Source: Hydrogenophaga sp.
GTDB taxonomy: Bacteria > Pseudomonadota > Gammaproteobacteria > Burkholderiales > Burkholderiaceae_C
Length of the DNA: 64,000 nt
Assembly (NCBI RefSeq): GCF_025699295.1
Contig: NZ_JAILWB010000018.1
Location: 1,309 to 65,308, forward strand
Reading direction: 5' to 3'
The position numbers and the translations under genes were made by a program. The notes below the pieces were generated by a model. It made no database searches, had not been told where the DNA came from, and saw nothing but the letters and a program-made list of their open reading frames with translations. Of this stretch, positions 15,780 to 25,376 are shown in pieces. How positions within the stretch are numbered: the first letter of the stretch is position 1; each line of letters starts with the position of its first letter.

Positions 15780-17162
15780 ATGCAAGTCGCCGCGTCCATC
15801 TTCAAGGCCTACGACATCCGGGGCGTCACGCCCACCGCACTCAACGAAGGCGTGGCCGAGGCACTGGGCCTGGCGTTCGGCTCGCGGGCCCTGCAACTGG
15901 GCGAGAAGACGGTGGCCGTGGGGCGCGACGGGCGCCTGAGCGGGCCTGCGCTCTCGGCGGCCCTCATCCGCGGCCTGGTGGCCGCCGGCGTGGACGTGAT
16001 CGACATCGGCCTGGCAACCACGCCCATGCTGTACTTCGCCGCCGCCACGCTGTGCAACAGCGGCATCCAGGTCACGGGTAGCCACAACCCGCGGGACTAC
16101 AACGGCTTCAAGATGGTGCTCGGCGGCCGGGCCATCTACGGTGAAGAGATCCAGGGCCTGCGCAAGGTCATGGAGGAGGAAACCCACGTGCGCGCCGACG
16201 GCGGGCGCGTGCGCCTGGTCAACGTCTCCGCTCCGTACAAGGACCGCATCGTCTCCGACGTGAAACTCGCGCGCCCGATGAAACTGGTGGTCGACTGCGG
16301 CAACGGCGTGGCCGGTGCCTCGGCCCCGGCGATCTTCCGCGCGCTGGGCTGCGAGGTGATCGAGCTCTTCAGCGAAGTCGACGGCAACTTCCCGAACCAC
16401 CACCCGGACCCGAGCAAGCCCGAGAACCTGCAGGACGTGATCCGTACGCTGCGCGAGACCGATGCCGAACTGGGCCTGGCCTTCGACGGCGACGGCGACC
16501 GCCTGGGCATCGTGACCAAGGACGGCGCCACCATCTACCCCGACCGCCAGATGATTTTGTTCGCGCAGGACGTGCTCGCGCGTGTGCCGGGTGGCGACAT
16601 CGTCTTCGACGTCAAGTGCTCGCAGCGCCTCGCCCCGGCGATCGAGGCGGCAGGCGGTGTCGCGCACATCTACAAGACCGGCCACTCGCTGATCAAGGCG
16701 CGCATGAAGGAACTCGACAGCCCGCTCGGTGGCGAGATGAGCGGCCACATCTTCTTCAAGGAGCGCTGGTTCGGTTTCGACGACGGCACCTACGCGGGTG
16801 CGCGCCTGCTGGAGATCCTCAGCCGCAGCCCGGACGCGAGCGAGGTGCTCAACGCCCTGCCCACGAGCTTCAGCACGCCCGAGCTCAATGTGGCCTGTGC
16901 CGAAGGCGAACCGCACGCGGTGGTCGAGAAGCTGGTGGCCGTGGCGCAGTTCGACGCGCCCGCCAGGCTGTCCACCATCGACGGTGTGCGCGTGGACTGG
17001 CCCGACGGCTTCGGCCTGATCCGCGCCTCCAACACCACGCCAGTGCTGGTGCTGCGCTTCGAGGGCCACACGCCCGAGGCGCTGCAGCGCATCGAGGGCA
17101 CGATGCTGGCCCTGCTGAAACAGGCCAAGCCCGACGCGGTCGTCGGCGCGAGCGCGCACTGA
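15780..17162 (+). CDS. phosphomannomutase/phosphoglucomutase
   Basis: FKAYDIRG, phosphoserine loop TGSHNPRDYNGFK, Mg site FDGDGDR and GEMSGH. Confidence 0.9.
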   Translation: MQVAASIFKAYDIRGVTPTALNEGVAEALGLAFGSRALQLGEKTVAVGRDGRLSGPALSAALIRGLVAAGVDVIDIGLATTPMLYFAAATLCNSGIQVTGSHNPRDYNGFKMVLGGRAIYGEEIQGLRKVMEEETHVRADGGRVRLVNVSAPYKDRIVSDVKLARPMKLVVDCGNGVAGASAPAIFRALGCEVIELFSEVDGNFPNHHPDPSKPENLQDVIRTLRETDAELGLAFDGDGDRLGIVTKDGATIYPDRQMILFAQDVLARVPGGDIVFDVKCSQRLAPAIEAAGGVAHIYKTGHSLIKARMKELDSPLGGEMSGHIFFKERWFGFDDGTYAGARLLEILSRSPDASEVLNALPTSFSTPELNVACAEGEPHAVVEKLVAVAQFDAPARLSTIDGVRVDWPDGFGLIRASNTTPVLVLRFEGHTPEALQRIEGTMLALLKQAKPDAVVGASAH

Positions 17163-17164
17163 AC

Positions 17165-18031
17165 ATGAACGATCACGACCTGCTCGATCAGGTCACCGTC
17201 GTGCTGGTCACGTACCACAGCGCCCATTGTCTGGACGCGCTGGACGCGCTGCTCGCACACTGCCCGCACATCCTGATCTCGGACAACGGCAGCACCGACG
17301 GAACGCCCGGGCAGGCGCGCATGCGCTGGCCGCAGGCCGTGGTGCTCGAACATGGCCGCAACCTGGGTTTCGGCACGGCGAACAACCGCGCGATCGCGCA
17401 GGTGAAGACGCCGCTGGCCTTTCTGCTCAACCCCGACTGCGAGGTCACGCCCGACGGCCTGCGCGAGCTGGTGCGCGCAGCGAACGGGCTGCCCGAGGCC
17501 TCCATCGTGGCACCGCAATTGCAGGGTGCGCCCGGGCAGGCCGATGTCAATTACCGCTGGCCACGAATGGCCTGGGCCTCGCGCGGTCCCGGTGCCGAAG
17601 GCCCGGCCTGTGTGGGTTTCGTGGTCGGCGCGGCCATGCTGTTCCGGCTGGCGCGTTTCGAGGGCGTGGGCTTCTTCGACGAGCGCTTCTTCCTGTACTA
17701 CGAGGACGACGACCTCTGCCTGCGGCTGTTCCAGGCGCGGCGGCCCATCGTGGTCTGGCCTGCTGTGGCGGCCGTGCACCGCGCGCGCGGCTCGGTCCGG
17801 GGCAAGACACCCTGGAGGAGCGAGTACCTGCGCGGCTACCACCATGCGCAGTCCAAGCTGATCTACGCCGCCAAGCACCGCTCGACCGCGGCCGCGCAGG
17901 GCCTGCGCTGGAGCGTGCTGCTGGGCACCACGCTGGCCTTGCCACTGCGCGTGATCGTGTTCTCGCCCAAGCTGGTGGCGCGCATGGCGGGCCGCTGGAT
18001 GGGCTTGTGGCGCTGGAGGCTGCATGACTGA
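17165..18031 (+). CDS. glycosyltransferase family 2
   Basis: VVLVTYHS...ISDNGSTDGT...N.GFG.ANN and the FFLYYEDDDLCLR (ED/DxD) region, typical of rhamnosyltransferase-like GT2 enzymes. Confidence 0.75.
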   Translation: MNDHDLLDQVTVVLVTYHSAHCLDALDALLAHCPHILISDNGSTDGTPGQARMRWPQAVVLEHGRNLGFGTANNRAIAQVKTPLAFLLNPDCEVTPDGLRELVRAANGLPEASIVAPQLQGAPGQADVNYRWPRMAWASRGPGAEGPACVGFVVGAAMLFRLARFEGVGFFDERFFLYYEDDDLCLRLFQARRPIVVWPAVAAVHRARGSVRGKTPWRSEYLRGYHHAQSKLIYAAKHRSTAAAQGLRWSVLLGTTLALPLRVIVFSPKLVARMAGRWMGLWRWRLHD

Positions 18032-18821
18032 GGCGACGCCGCCAGCGCGCCCCACGCTGGGCATCGCGGTGCTCACGCTCAACGAGGCTCAGCGCATCGA
18101 GGCCTGTCTTCGCAGCGCGGCATTTGCCGACCAGGTCGTGGTGATCGACAGCGGCAGCACCGACGACACCCGCGAGCGCGCCGCGCGCCTGGGCGCCGAG
18201 GTGCATCAGCACCCGGACTGGCAGGGCTTTGGCGTGCAGCGCTCGCGCGCACTCGATCACCTGCGAACCGACTATGTGTTCTTTCTCGATGCCGACGAGG
18301 AGATTTCCGCCGGCCTGCAGGCCGAGATCACGCGGGCCGTCGCCTCGGGCGAGGACGCCGCCTGGCGCGTCTGGTGGGACGAGGTTGCGTTTGGCCGCGC
18401 GCTCACGCGCATGAAGTCGCGTGGCGGCATCCAGCGCCTGTTCCGGCGTGCCACGCTGGAGCGCTTCGACGGCGCGGTGCACGAGGCGCCCGTGCTGCGC
18501 CATGCTGTGCCGGTCCGCGCGTTGCGTCAGCGCCTGCTGCACCACTCACGCACCACGGTCTATGGCAGCTTGAGAAAACTTGCTCAATACGTGCAACTGG
18601 GTGCCGCCAAGCGTGGCGCGCAGGGCAAGAAGGGCGGTGTGTTGCGTGGCCTCGTGATGGGCACCGTGGTGTTTCTGCGGGTGTACCTGTTCCAGCGCGC
18701 GTTTCTTTGCGGTGGTCCGGGCTTTCTCTACGCGCAGTTCATTGCGCTCGAAACCTTCTTCCGGTATGCCGCGCTGCGCTATGACATGCACGACGGCCCG
18801 GGCGAGCTCGCTCGGCGTTAG
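18024..18821 (+). CDS. glycosyltransferase family 2 (LPS-core KdtX/WaaE-like)
   Basis: IAVLTLNEAQRIEACL.S..FAD.VVVIDSGSTDDT and FFLDADEE (DxD). Overlaps the preceding GT2 by 8 nt. Confidence 0.75.
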   Translation: MTEATPPARPTLGIAVLTLNEAQRIEACLRSAAFADQVVVIDSGSTDDTRERAARLGAEVHQHPDWQGFGVQRSRALDHLRTDYVFFLDADEEISAGLQAEITRAVASGEDAAWRVWWDEVAFGRALTRMKSRGGIQRLFRRATLERFDGAVHEAPVLRHAVPVRALRQRLLHHSRTTVYGSLRKLAQYVQLGAAKRGAQGKKGGVLRGLVMGTVVFLRVYLFQRAFLCGGPGFLYAQFIALETFFRYAALRYDMHDGPGELARR

Positions 18822-19879
18822 CCCAGCCGCATGCTCAGCTTGAGCCGGTAGTACGCCAGCCGGTCGGTCCAGCGCAGATCGAGTTGTGGCCGGGCACGGT
18901 CAGGGTTGCGCAGGGCGGGCTGGATCAGGTGTTCGTCGAACAGGCCCATCACCACCTGCGGGTTGTAGCGCGCGGAGTAGCGGTCCCACGATCCCTTCCT
19001 GAGGGCGCCGGGGTCCAGTTTCCCGAGGATGTCGACCAGCGACCGGGTGTCCGTGTAGTACATGCCGCTGTCGCCCAGCACGTCGATGTGGTGCCGGTGC
19101 TTGCTGCGGGCGTAGGTGATGACAGGCTTGTTGCGGATCGAGAATTCGCCACACGCCAGCCCGAAGGATTCGCCCTGCAGGCGTGCATGCAGCATCGCGT
19201 CGCAGGTGTTGATGAAGCGCGTCTTGTAGGCCATGTCGCTGCTGCCGTGCAGGAACAGCGCGCGGGGGTGGTCGACGAAAGGCGTGATGTTGAGGAACAC
19301 GAACCAGGTGTCGTTCGACTGCGCGAGCACCTGACGCACGGCCTCGATGGCGCAGGGCACGTCGAAGCTGCGAGCGCCGCCATGGCAACCCAGCACACGG
19401 GCCGCCCGCGGGATCTGCAGCGCGTCGCGCAAATCGCCGTCGACGTCGGGCAGGGCCACGATGTGCGGCACGCTGGGAATCCGGCTGTTCGCGCAGTGCC
19501 GGCTGAGCCACTCGGAGATGTAGGCATAGGAAGCGCCATGCGCTTGCGAAGGGCTGGTGGGAAACACGGCATGCACCATGGTCGGCACCGTGCGCGACCA
19601 CAGGCCGTCGTTGCGGCCGGCCTTGATCGCGTAGAGCAGGTCCGCCTTGTGCCGCGCGAGCAGGCCGTCGAGTTCAGCCGGTGTCTGGTAGCCGATCACC
19701 TCGAAGCGTGCACCGAACTTGGCCAGTGCCTCTGCATCGTTGTGGGCGCTGGTCGCGTCGTACACGATGAGGCTGTCGTGGCCCAGCACGGTCTCGTTGT
19801 GCAGCGCGTAGTCATACAGCGCTACCTCCGTGCCGCGGATCGACAACTGATTGGAGTGGAAGGCGATGGTTTTCTTCAT
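18818..19879 (-). CDS. putative GT-B (GT4-like) glycosyltransferase
   Basis: The C-terminal region HARLQGESFGLACGEFSIRNKPVI contains an E-x7-E motif characteristic of GT4 retaining transferases. The gene is coupled (ATGA) to waaL. The N-terminal half is not recognisable to me. Confidence 0.5.
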   Translation of the reverse strand: MKKTIAFHSNQLSIRGTEVALYDYALHNETVLGHDSLIVYDATSAHNDAEALAKFGARFEVIGYQTPAELDGLLARHKADLLYAIKAGRNDGLWSRTVPTMVHAVFPTSPSQAHGASYAYISEWLSRHCANSRIPSVPHIVALPDVDGDLRDALQIPRAARVLGCHGGARSFDVPCAIEAVRQVLAQSNDTWFVFLNITPFVDHPRALFLHGSSDMAYKTRFINTCDAMLHARLQGESFGLACGEFSIRNKPVITYARSKHRHHIDVLGDSGMYYTDTRSLVDILGKLDPGALRKGSWDRYSARYNPQVVMGLFDEHLIQPALRNPDRARPQLDLRWTDRLAYYRLKLSMRLG

Positions 19880-21111
19880 GGCGCCTTCACGTCAGGTGCG
19901 CTTCTTCGCCGCGCCGCAGCCATGAGCAGCGCCGTCATCAGGATGAAGAAGTGGTTCTCGGTGGAGAGCCAGAAGGAGCTGTGGGTCATGTTGGCGACGA
20001 GCAGGATGGTCAGGAAGGCCAGCATCAACGCCCGCCGCCGCGCCTCCTCGCCCCAGCCTTGACGAACAACCGCCAGTAGCAACCATGCAAACAGGGCCAG
20101 GCCGATCAGGCCCTGCTCTACGAGGAAAAACGCAAACTGGTTGTGGGGGTGCACGCAGACGACCGAACACCAGTCAGGGTCGACGAAGTGGGCCGTTGCC
20201 AATACGGGATACGCGGCGGTGCCGTGCCCGAGCAAGGGACGTTCCCGCGCTTGATCCAGGGTAAAGCCGATCATCGCCATGCGCGATCCCACCGAAGTGA
20301 CCTCACCGGTGGTGCTGGCCACCTCGGTCCATGCCTGAGTCATGCGTTTCTGAAGCGCCAGTGAGGTGCCGCCCGCAACGACGAGGGCAACGAGCACGCC
20401 GGTCACGGTGGTCACGAGGGCTGTCCGCGACCGGGCCACTGTGACCAGCAGGCTGAACACGAACATGGAAAGGAACCCCGCGAGATAGCCGGTCCGTCCA
20501 GAAGACAGGAACAGAATGCTGAAGGCGGCCAGTGCCGACACGCACCACCAGATGGTGGCACCTCTCCATGTTCTGGACTGGAGCGCCTGATACGCGCCAA
20601 GGCAGGCAAAGAACGACATCATGATGCCCTGAGCAATGTAGTCCTTGAACACCGTGTGGTCCTCGCCGAAGCCCTGGTTGTGCGTCCGTGTCCAGGAAAA
20701 ATCGAACCAGACGTTCAGCCAGGTGACCACCAGCGTGATCAGCATCGCCACCGCGAACGCCTGCCAGCAGCGGCGTCGCGTGGTCGGGTCCTGCAACAGG
20801 CCGATGAAGAGCGGGAGCATCAGGAATTTGCTGTATTTCTGCAAGGCACCCGCGATCTGTCCACCGTCGGCGGGCGACCACAGCGCCGCCACCACCACCC
20901 AGGCGAACAGCGCCAGTGCCGGCAGCGCGACCGGGTTCGAGAGCGCCTGGCGGGTGTCGCGCAGCGAACTGCCCCACACGCAGCCCAGCAACCAGAAAAT
21001 CAGCGTGAACAGCAGCCCGACGTTGGCCAGCGCCACGGACACCGGGAACGCGAAGAACACCAGAACGAGTGAGGCGCGGGCAGCGGGTTGGATGAAGGAA
21101 GAAGGGTTCAT
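19876..21111 (-). CDS. waaL: O-antigen ligase family protein
   Basis: Polytopic protein of about 12 TM segments with a Wzy_C-like loop and the HPHNQFAFFLVEQGLIGL motif. Start moved to ATG 21111 (MNPSSF...), which overlaps the upstream stop (ATGA). Confidence 0.8.
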   Translation of the reverse strand: MNPSSFIQPAARASLVLVFFAFPVSVALANVGLLFTLIFWLLGCVWGSSLRDTRQALSNPVALPALALFAWVVVAALWSPADGGQIAGALQKYSKFLMLPLFIGLLQDPTTRRRCWQAFAVAMLITLVVTWLNVWFDFSWTRTHNQGFGEDHTVFKDYIAQGIMMSFFACLGAYQALQSRTWRGATIWWCVSALAAFSILFLSSGRTGYLAGFLSMFVFSLLVTVARSRTALVTTVTGVLVALVVAGGTSLALQKRMTQAWTEVASTTGEVTSVGSRMAMIGFTLDQARERPLLGHGTAAYPVLATAHFVDPDWCSVVCVHPHNQFAFFLVEQGLIGLALFAWLLLAVVRQGWGEEARRRALMLAFLTILLVANMTHSSFWLSTENHFFILMTALLMAAARRRSAPDVKAP

Positions 21112-23141
21112 GGGGCGGAATAAGGAGCTTGATAGCCGGCCAGCAGCGCGGCCCAGTCGGCCTCGCTCCAGTGGTAGGGCGTCACGCGGGTGGCTTCCTT
21201 GCGCAGCGAGCGCAGCAGCCGCTGCAGGTTCAGGGGCTTCCAGTCGTCGCCGGTGCGCACCTTGCATTTGTCGAAGTCCACCACCCAGGCACGGCCTGCG
21301 CCGTCGAGCAGCAGGTTGTGGGCATTGAGGTCGGCGTGGAACACCTGCCGCTCGTGCAGCCGCCGTATCGCCTGGCCGACCATGGTCCATTCCGGGGTCG
21401 CCAGCGGCCGCTGTTGCAACAGCTGCACCAGGTTCGCGCTGTCGGGGATGAGCCCCACGATGATGTCGGCCTGGTAGAACAGCGGCCCGCGCGGCCAGTG
21501 GCTGGCGGCGATCGGTTCCGGCACGGGCAGCTGCCACGAGCGCATCAGGCGCAGCAGGCTGAATTCGCGCATGGCCCGGCTGTCATGCGGCGCGGCGCGC
21601 CAGAAGCGATCTTCGCTCACGCGCGCCATCAGACCGCCACGCCGGTAGTGGCGCAGCACCTGGCCGCGCCCGCCTTCGGTGATCAGGAGCGCCTGGCCAC
21701 GGCCGCTGCCGGTGGCCAGGGCGGTGCCGCTGGTGTGTGCCGAGGGGTCGAAGGCCTGCGCCGACACCTGGGTCAGGTGGGTGGGGTCGAACCAGCAGGT
21801 GCGCCGCCCCGCCAGCGTGGCGGTATTCATCCGCGAGACGTTGCCGCTGTGCGCCGGCGCCCACATCGGGCGCAGCACCGCCATGCAGCGTTCGGAGGAG
21901 CCCTGGTTGCGGCTGATCAGCTGGCGGGCGGCGCTGGCGCGGGCCGCCAGCACGGGCGGGTGAGTCAGCCAGCGCACCGCCGCGTCGGCCAGCTCGCGCG
22001 CATCGCGCACGCAGGCTCCCGCGCCGGTGCGTGCGATTTCGTCGAACAGCGGGGCCGCGTTGTGCGTGTGCGGACCGAACAGCACTGGCTGGCCCACCGA
22101 CATCGGCTCCAGCGGGTTGTGCCCGCCTATCGGAGAGAGTGTTCCCCCGACGAAGCACAGGGCGGCGTGCTGGTACCAGTGGACGAGTTCGCCCATGGCG
22201 TCGATCAGCATCACCTGGGTGTCGGCGGCGGGTGCTTCGCCACTGCTGCGGCGCACGTGCCGCAAGCCGCAGTCCTGCAGGCGCCGGGCCACGTCGTCGA
22301 AGCGCTGCGGGTGGCGTGGCACCAGCACCAGAAGCCAGTCGGGGTGGGCAGACGAGAGTTCCGGCCAGGCATCGAACCAGACGGTTTCGTCGCCTTCGTG
22401 CGTGCTGCCCGCGACGATCAGGGTGCGGTCCTGCAGCTCGGGTGGCAAGGTCACGCGGGCGGCGGGCACCGCGACGTCGAACTTCAGGTTGCCGGTGTCG
22501 TGCAGGCGTTCGGGCGGCACGCCGAGCGCGAGCAAGCGCTCGGCACTCACGGTGTCGGCCGCCGCCACCGTGACCTGCGGCCACACCGGGCGCATCAGTG
22601 CCGCCCAGCGCTGGTAGGTGCGCACCGACTTTTCCGCCAGGCGCGCGTTGATGAGGGCGACGGGCACGGCGTGCGCGCGGCACTGTTGCAGCCACTCGGG
22701 CCAGAGCTCGCGCTCCACCAGGATCAGCAGGCGCGGCTGCAGGCGGTCGAGGAAGCGCGCGACCGCGCCAGGGGTGTCGATGGGTGCGAACACGTGCCGC
22801 AGCTGGTCACCCCAGTGCGCGTGCAGGGCGCGTGCGCCGGTGGGTGTCTGGGTGCTGACCACCACGGCATGCGCGGGCCACTCCTGCAGCAGGGCGTGCA
22901 GCAGCGGCTGCACCGCCTGGACCTCACCGACCGAGGCAGCGTGGATCCAGATGCAGCCGAACTGCTCGGGCTGGACCGGGATGAAGCCCAGGCGGTGGCG
23001 CAGGTCTCGCCGGTAACCGGGTTCGCGCCGTCCGCGCCACCAGAGCCAGCCCAGCAGCGGCAGGGACAGGGCGCGGCTGACCAGCCGGTAGGCCCGATGG
23101 GGCAGGGAGACCGCGCTCAGCGCCAATGGTCGGCGACCCAT
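21108..23141 (-). CDS. waaA: in-frame fusion of Kdo transferase (WaaA/KdtA) and Kdo kinase (KdkA)
   Basis: The N-terminal ~435 aa have WaaA features (WWRGRREPGY...IWIHAASVGE...LVLVPRHPQRF...GGHNPLEP). The C-terminal 240 aa (from 21830) have KdkA features (VLRHYRRGG...FHADLNAHNLL...VDFDK). No stop codon separates them in the 678-codon frame. Confidence 0.8.
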   Translation of the reverse strand: MGRRPLALSAVSLPHRAYRLVSRALSLPLLGWLWWRGRREPGYRRDLRHRLGFIPVQPEQFGCIWIHAASVGEVQAVQPLLHALLQEWPAHAVVVSTQTPTGARALHAHWGDQLRHVFAPIDTPGAVARFLDRLQPRLLILVERELWPEWLQQCRAHAVPVALINARLAEKSVRTYQRWAALMRPVWPQVTVAAADTVSAERLLALGVPPERLHDTGNLKFDVAVPAARVTLPPELQDRTLIVAGSTHEGDETVWFDAWPELSSAHPDWLLVLVPRHPQRFDDVARRLQDCGLRHVRRSSGEAPAADTQVMLIDAMGELVHWYQHAALCFVGGTLSPIGGHNPLEPMSVGQPVLFGPHTHNAAPLFDEIARTGAGACVRDARELADAAVRWLTHPPVLAARASAARQLISRNQGSSERCMAVLRPMWAPAHSGNVSRMNTATLAGRRTCWFDPTHLTQVSAQAFDPSAHTSGTALATGSGRGQALLITEGGRGQVLRHYRRGGLMARVSEDRFWRAAPHDSRAMREFSLLRLMRSWQLPVPEPIAASHWPRGPLFYQADIIVGLIPDSANLVQLLQQRPLATPEWTMVGQAIRRLHERQVFHADLNAHNLLLDGAGRAWVVDFDKCKVRTGDDWKPLNLQRLLRSLRKEATRVTPYHWSEADWAALLAGYQAPYSAP

Positions 23142-23938
23142 TGGGCAGGCAACACGCGCCGGTACCACTTGCCGCTCACGCCGGCAATGACGTCGGGCGG
23201 GTTGGGCTTGCCATGGAACACGATGATCTTCGCGCCCGGCGGGATGGTGGGCGGCGAGAACCATCCCAGGATGCCCGGGCGCATGCAGTGGCGCTTGAAG
23301 CTGCGGCACCAGGCGTCGGGCCAGTAGCTGACCTTGCCCTGGCGGTTGAGGAAGCCGGTGATGTATTCCTGCTCGTTGCGCACGTCGGCTATCGATTGCG
23401 GGTAGCCGTTCTTCAGGTGGTCGAGCGCGTCGGTGTGCGCGCCAATGGTGAAGAGGTAGCACGAGGTGTTGCCCGTGCCGTCCTTCTTGTCCCACTCCCG
23501 GATCACGGTGAAGGCGCCGGGCTGGTCGAAGAACTCGTCCAGGCTGTCGACGATGACGATGTCCAGGTCGAGGAACAGCGTCTTGCCGCTCAGGTCATAC
23601 AGCGGGTCGGCGAAGCTGGTGAGCTTGAGCCAGCCATGGCCGAAGGTCCAGGGCTTGCGCTGGTCGAATTCGTCGAAACCCACCGCCGGGATGGGCTTGA
23701 CCTCGACGTCCGGGTGAATGCCCTCGCCGTCGTCGGTCAGGCAGACGAAGCGGAAGGGCCGGTGCAGGTGCCGCGACACCATGCTGTGAAGCTTGTTGAC
23801 GTACTCGGGGCCGTACTTCCTGCCCCATTTGATGCACAACACGTTGACGGTTTGCACGTCTGGCTCTCCTGGGAGTGCTTGTTGGAAGAATGTGTCCGCA
23901 CTGACGCCGACCCGCGCGTCGAGTGTAGCGGAGCTCAC
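23117..23938 (-). CDS. putative GT-A-fold glycosyltransferase (DxD), LPS-core associated
   Basis: 273 aa with LFLDLDIVIV (DxD) and an N-terminal NVLCIKWG.KYG nucleotide-binding-like strand. The GTG start overlaps the tolC stop. The family is not confidently recognised. Confidence 0.5.
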   Translation of the reverse strand: MSSATLDARVGVSADTFFQQALPGEPDVQTVNVLCIKWGRKYGPEYVNKLHSMVSRHLHRPFRFVCLTDDGEGIHPDVEVKPIPAVGFDEFDQRKPWTFGHGWLKLTSFADPLYDLSGKTLFLDLDIVIVDSLDEFFDQPGAFTVIREWDKKDGTGNTSCYLFTIGAHTDALDHLKNGYPQSIADVRNEQEYITGFLNRQGKVSYWPDAWCRSFKRHCMRPGILGWFSPPTIPPGAKIIVFHGKPNPPDVIAGVSGKWYRRVLPAQWVADHWR

Positions 23939-25311
23939 TTCGCCAGCAGCGCGTCGATCGGTCGCAGATCCTCCGGCTGCAGGCTGCCACTGGCCTGGCG
24001 CAGGCGCAGGCCGCTGAGCAGCACGTTGTAGCGCGCCTGGGCCAGGTCGCGCTTGGTCTGGAACAGCTGGCTCTGCGCGTTGAGCACGTCGATGTTGATG
24101 CGCACGCCCACCTGGTAGCCCAGGCGGTTCGCGTCCAGTGCGCTCTGGCTGGAGGCCTCGGCCGCTTCCAGCGCCTTGACCTGGCCCTGGCCCGAGACCA
24201 CGCCGAGGTAGGCGCTGCGGGTGGACAGGTCGACGTTGCGCCGCGCGGCCTCCAGGTCGTTGCGGGCCTTTTCCTCCAGCGCCAGCGTTTCCTTGACCCG
24301 GTTCTGCACGGCGTAGCCCGCGAACAGCGGCAGGTTGAACTGCAGGCCCACGCTGGCGGTGTTGGTGCGCACATTGCCGGCGGTGGGCAGGGTGGTGGAG
24401 GGGCCGCGTGCCACCTGGTACTGCCCGACCAGGTCGAGCGTGGGCTTGTGCCCCGCCTCGGCCTTGCTGGTCTCCAGCTGGGCGATTTCCAGACTGCGCG
24501 TGGCCTGCAGGAGGGCAGGGTGGGCATCGGCCGACCGGTTCACCCAGGCCTGCGGGTCGGCGGGCAACAGCTCGGGCAGGGCCACGGGCGCCACCAGGGG
24601 GCGGGGCGCCACGGCATTGCGGCCCACGAGCTGGTCAAGCGCGAGCTTCTTCACGCGCAGATCGTTCTCGGCAGCAATCTCGCGCGCCAGCACCAGGTCG
24701 TACTGGGCCTGCGCCTCGCGCGAGTCGGTGATGGTGGTGGTGCCGACCTCGAAGTTGCGTCTGGCGGCGGCCAGCTGTTCGGCCACCGCGGTTTTCTGCG
24801 CCTGCACGAAGGCCAGGGTGTCCTGCGCGGCGAGCACGTCGAAGTAGGCCTGCGAGGTGCGCACGATGAGGTCCTGCTCCGCCTGCGTGAGGCGCGCCCT
24901 GGCGATGTCCACGCTGAGTTCGGCCTGGTCGTTCGTGAGCTTGTTGACCGGGCGGTACAGCGGCTGGCTGGCCGAGAGCGTGGCACTCTGGTTGTCGCTG
25001 GAGCCACTGAGCGCGCTGCTGCCGCTGATATCGCGCCGCGCCCAGCTGGCCACCGCGCCCAGGCCGGCCTGAGGCAGAAGGCCGGCGCGTGCCTGCGCGG
25101 CCTGGGCCAGGCTGGCGTCGTACTGCGAACGCGCGGACAGGTAGGTGGCGTCGAAGCCGCGGGCGGCCTCGTACAGCTGCACCAGGCTTTGCGCCCGCGC
25201 GCCGGTGGCGAACAAACTGCCCAGCAGCAGTACCGCGCCCAGCGCCAGCGGGTTCAGGGGCATCGGACGGCGGCGCAAAACCGGAAGGCGGGCGGACGGG
25301 GCGGCGTTCAT
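23935..25311 (-). CDS. tolC: TolC-family outer-membrane efflux channel
   Basis: Signal peptide ending ARAQ|SL, then LVQLYEAARGFDATYLSARSQYDA... and a repeated alpha-barrel/beta-barrel half-structure. Start at ATG 25311 (alternative 25263). Confidence 0.9.
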   Translation of the reverse strand: MNAAPSARLPVLRRRPMPLNPLALGAVLLLGSLFATGARAQSLVQLYEAARGFDATYLSARSQYDASLAQAAQARAGLLPQAGLGAVASWARRDISGSSALSGSSDNQSATLSASQPLYRPVNKLTNDQAELSVDIARARLTQAEQDLIVRTSQAYFDVLAAQDTLAFVQAQKTAVAEQLAAARRNFEVGTTTITDSREAQAQYDLVLAREIAAENDLRVKKLALDQLVGRNAVAPRPLVAPVALPELLPADPQAWVNRSADAHPALLQATRSLEIAQLETSKAEAGHKPTLDLVGQYQVARGPSTTLPTAGNVRTNTASVGLQFNLPLFAGYAVQNRVKETLALEEKARNDLEAARRNVDLSTRSAYLGVVSGQGQVKALEAAEASSQSALDANRLGYQVGVRINIDVLNAQSQLFQTKRDLAQARYNVLLSGLRLRQASGSLQPEDLRPIDALLAK

Positions 25312-25376
25312 GCAGGGATCCTTTGGGGCAGGCAGGTGTGGCCAGGGCGCAAGGCGGGAGACGGCAGGGAGTGAGC

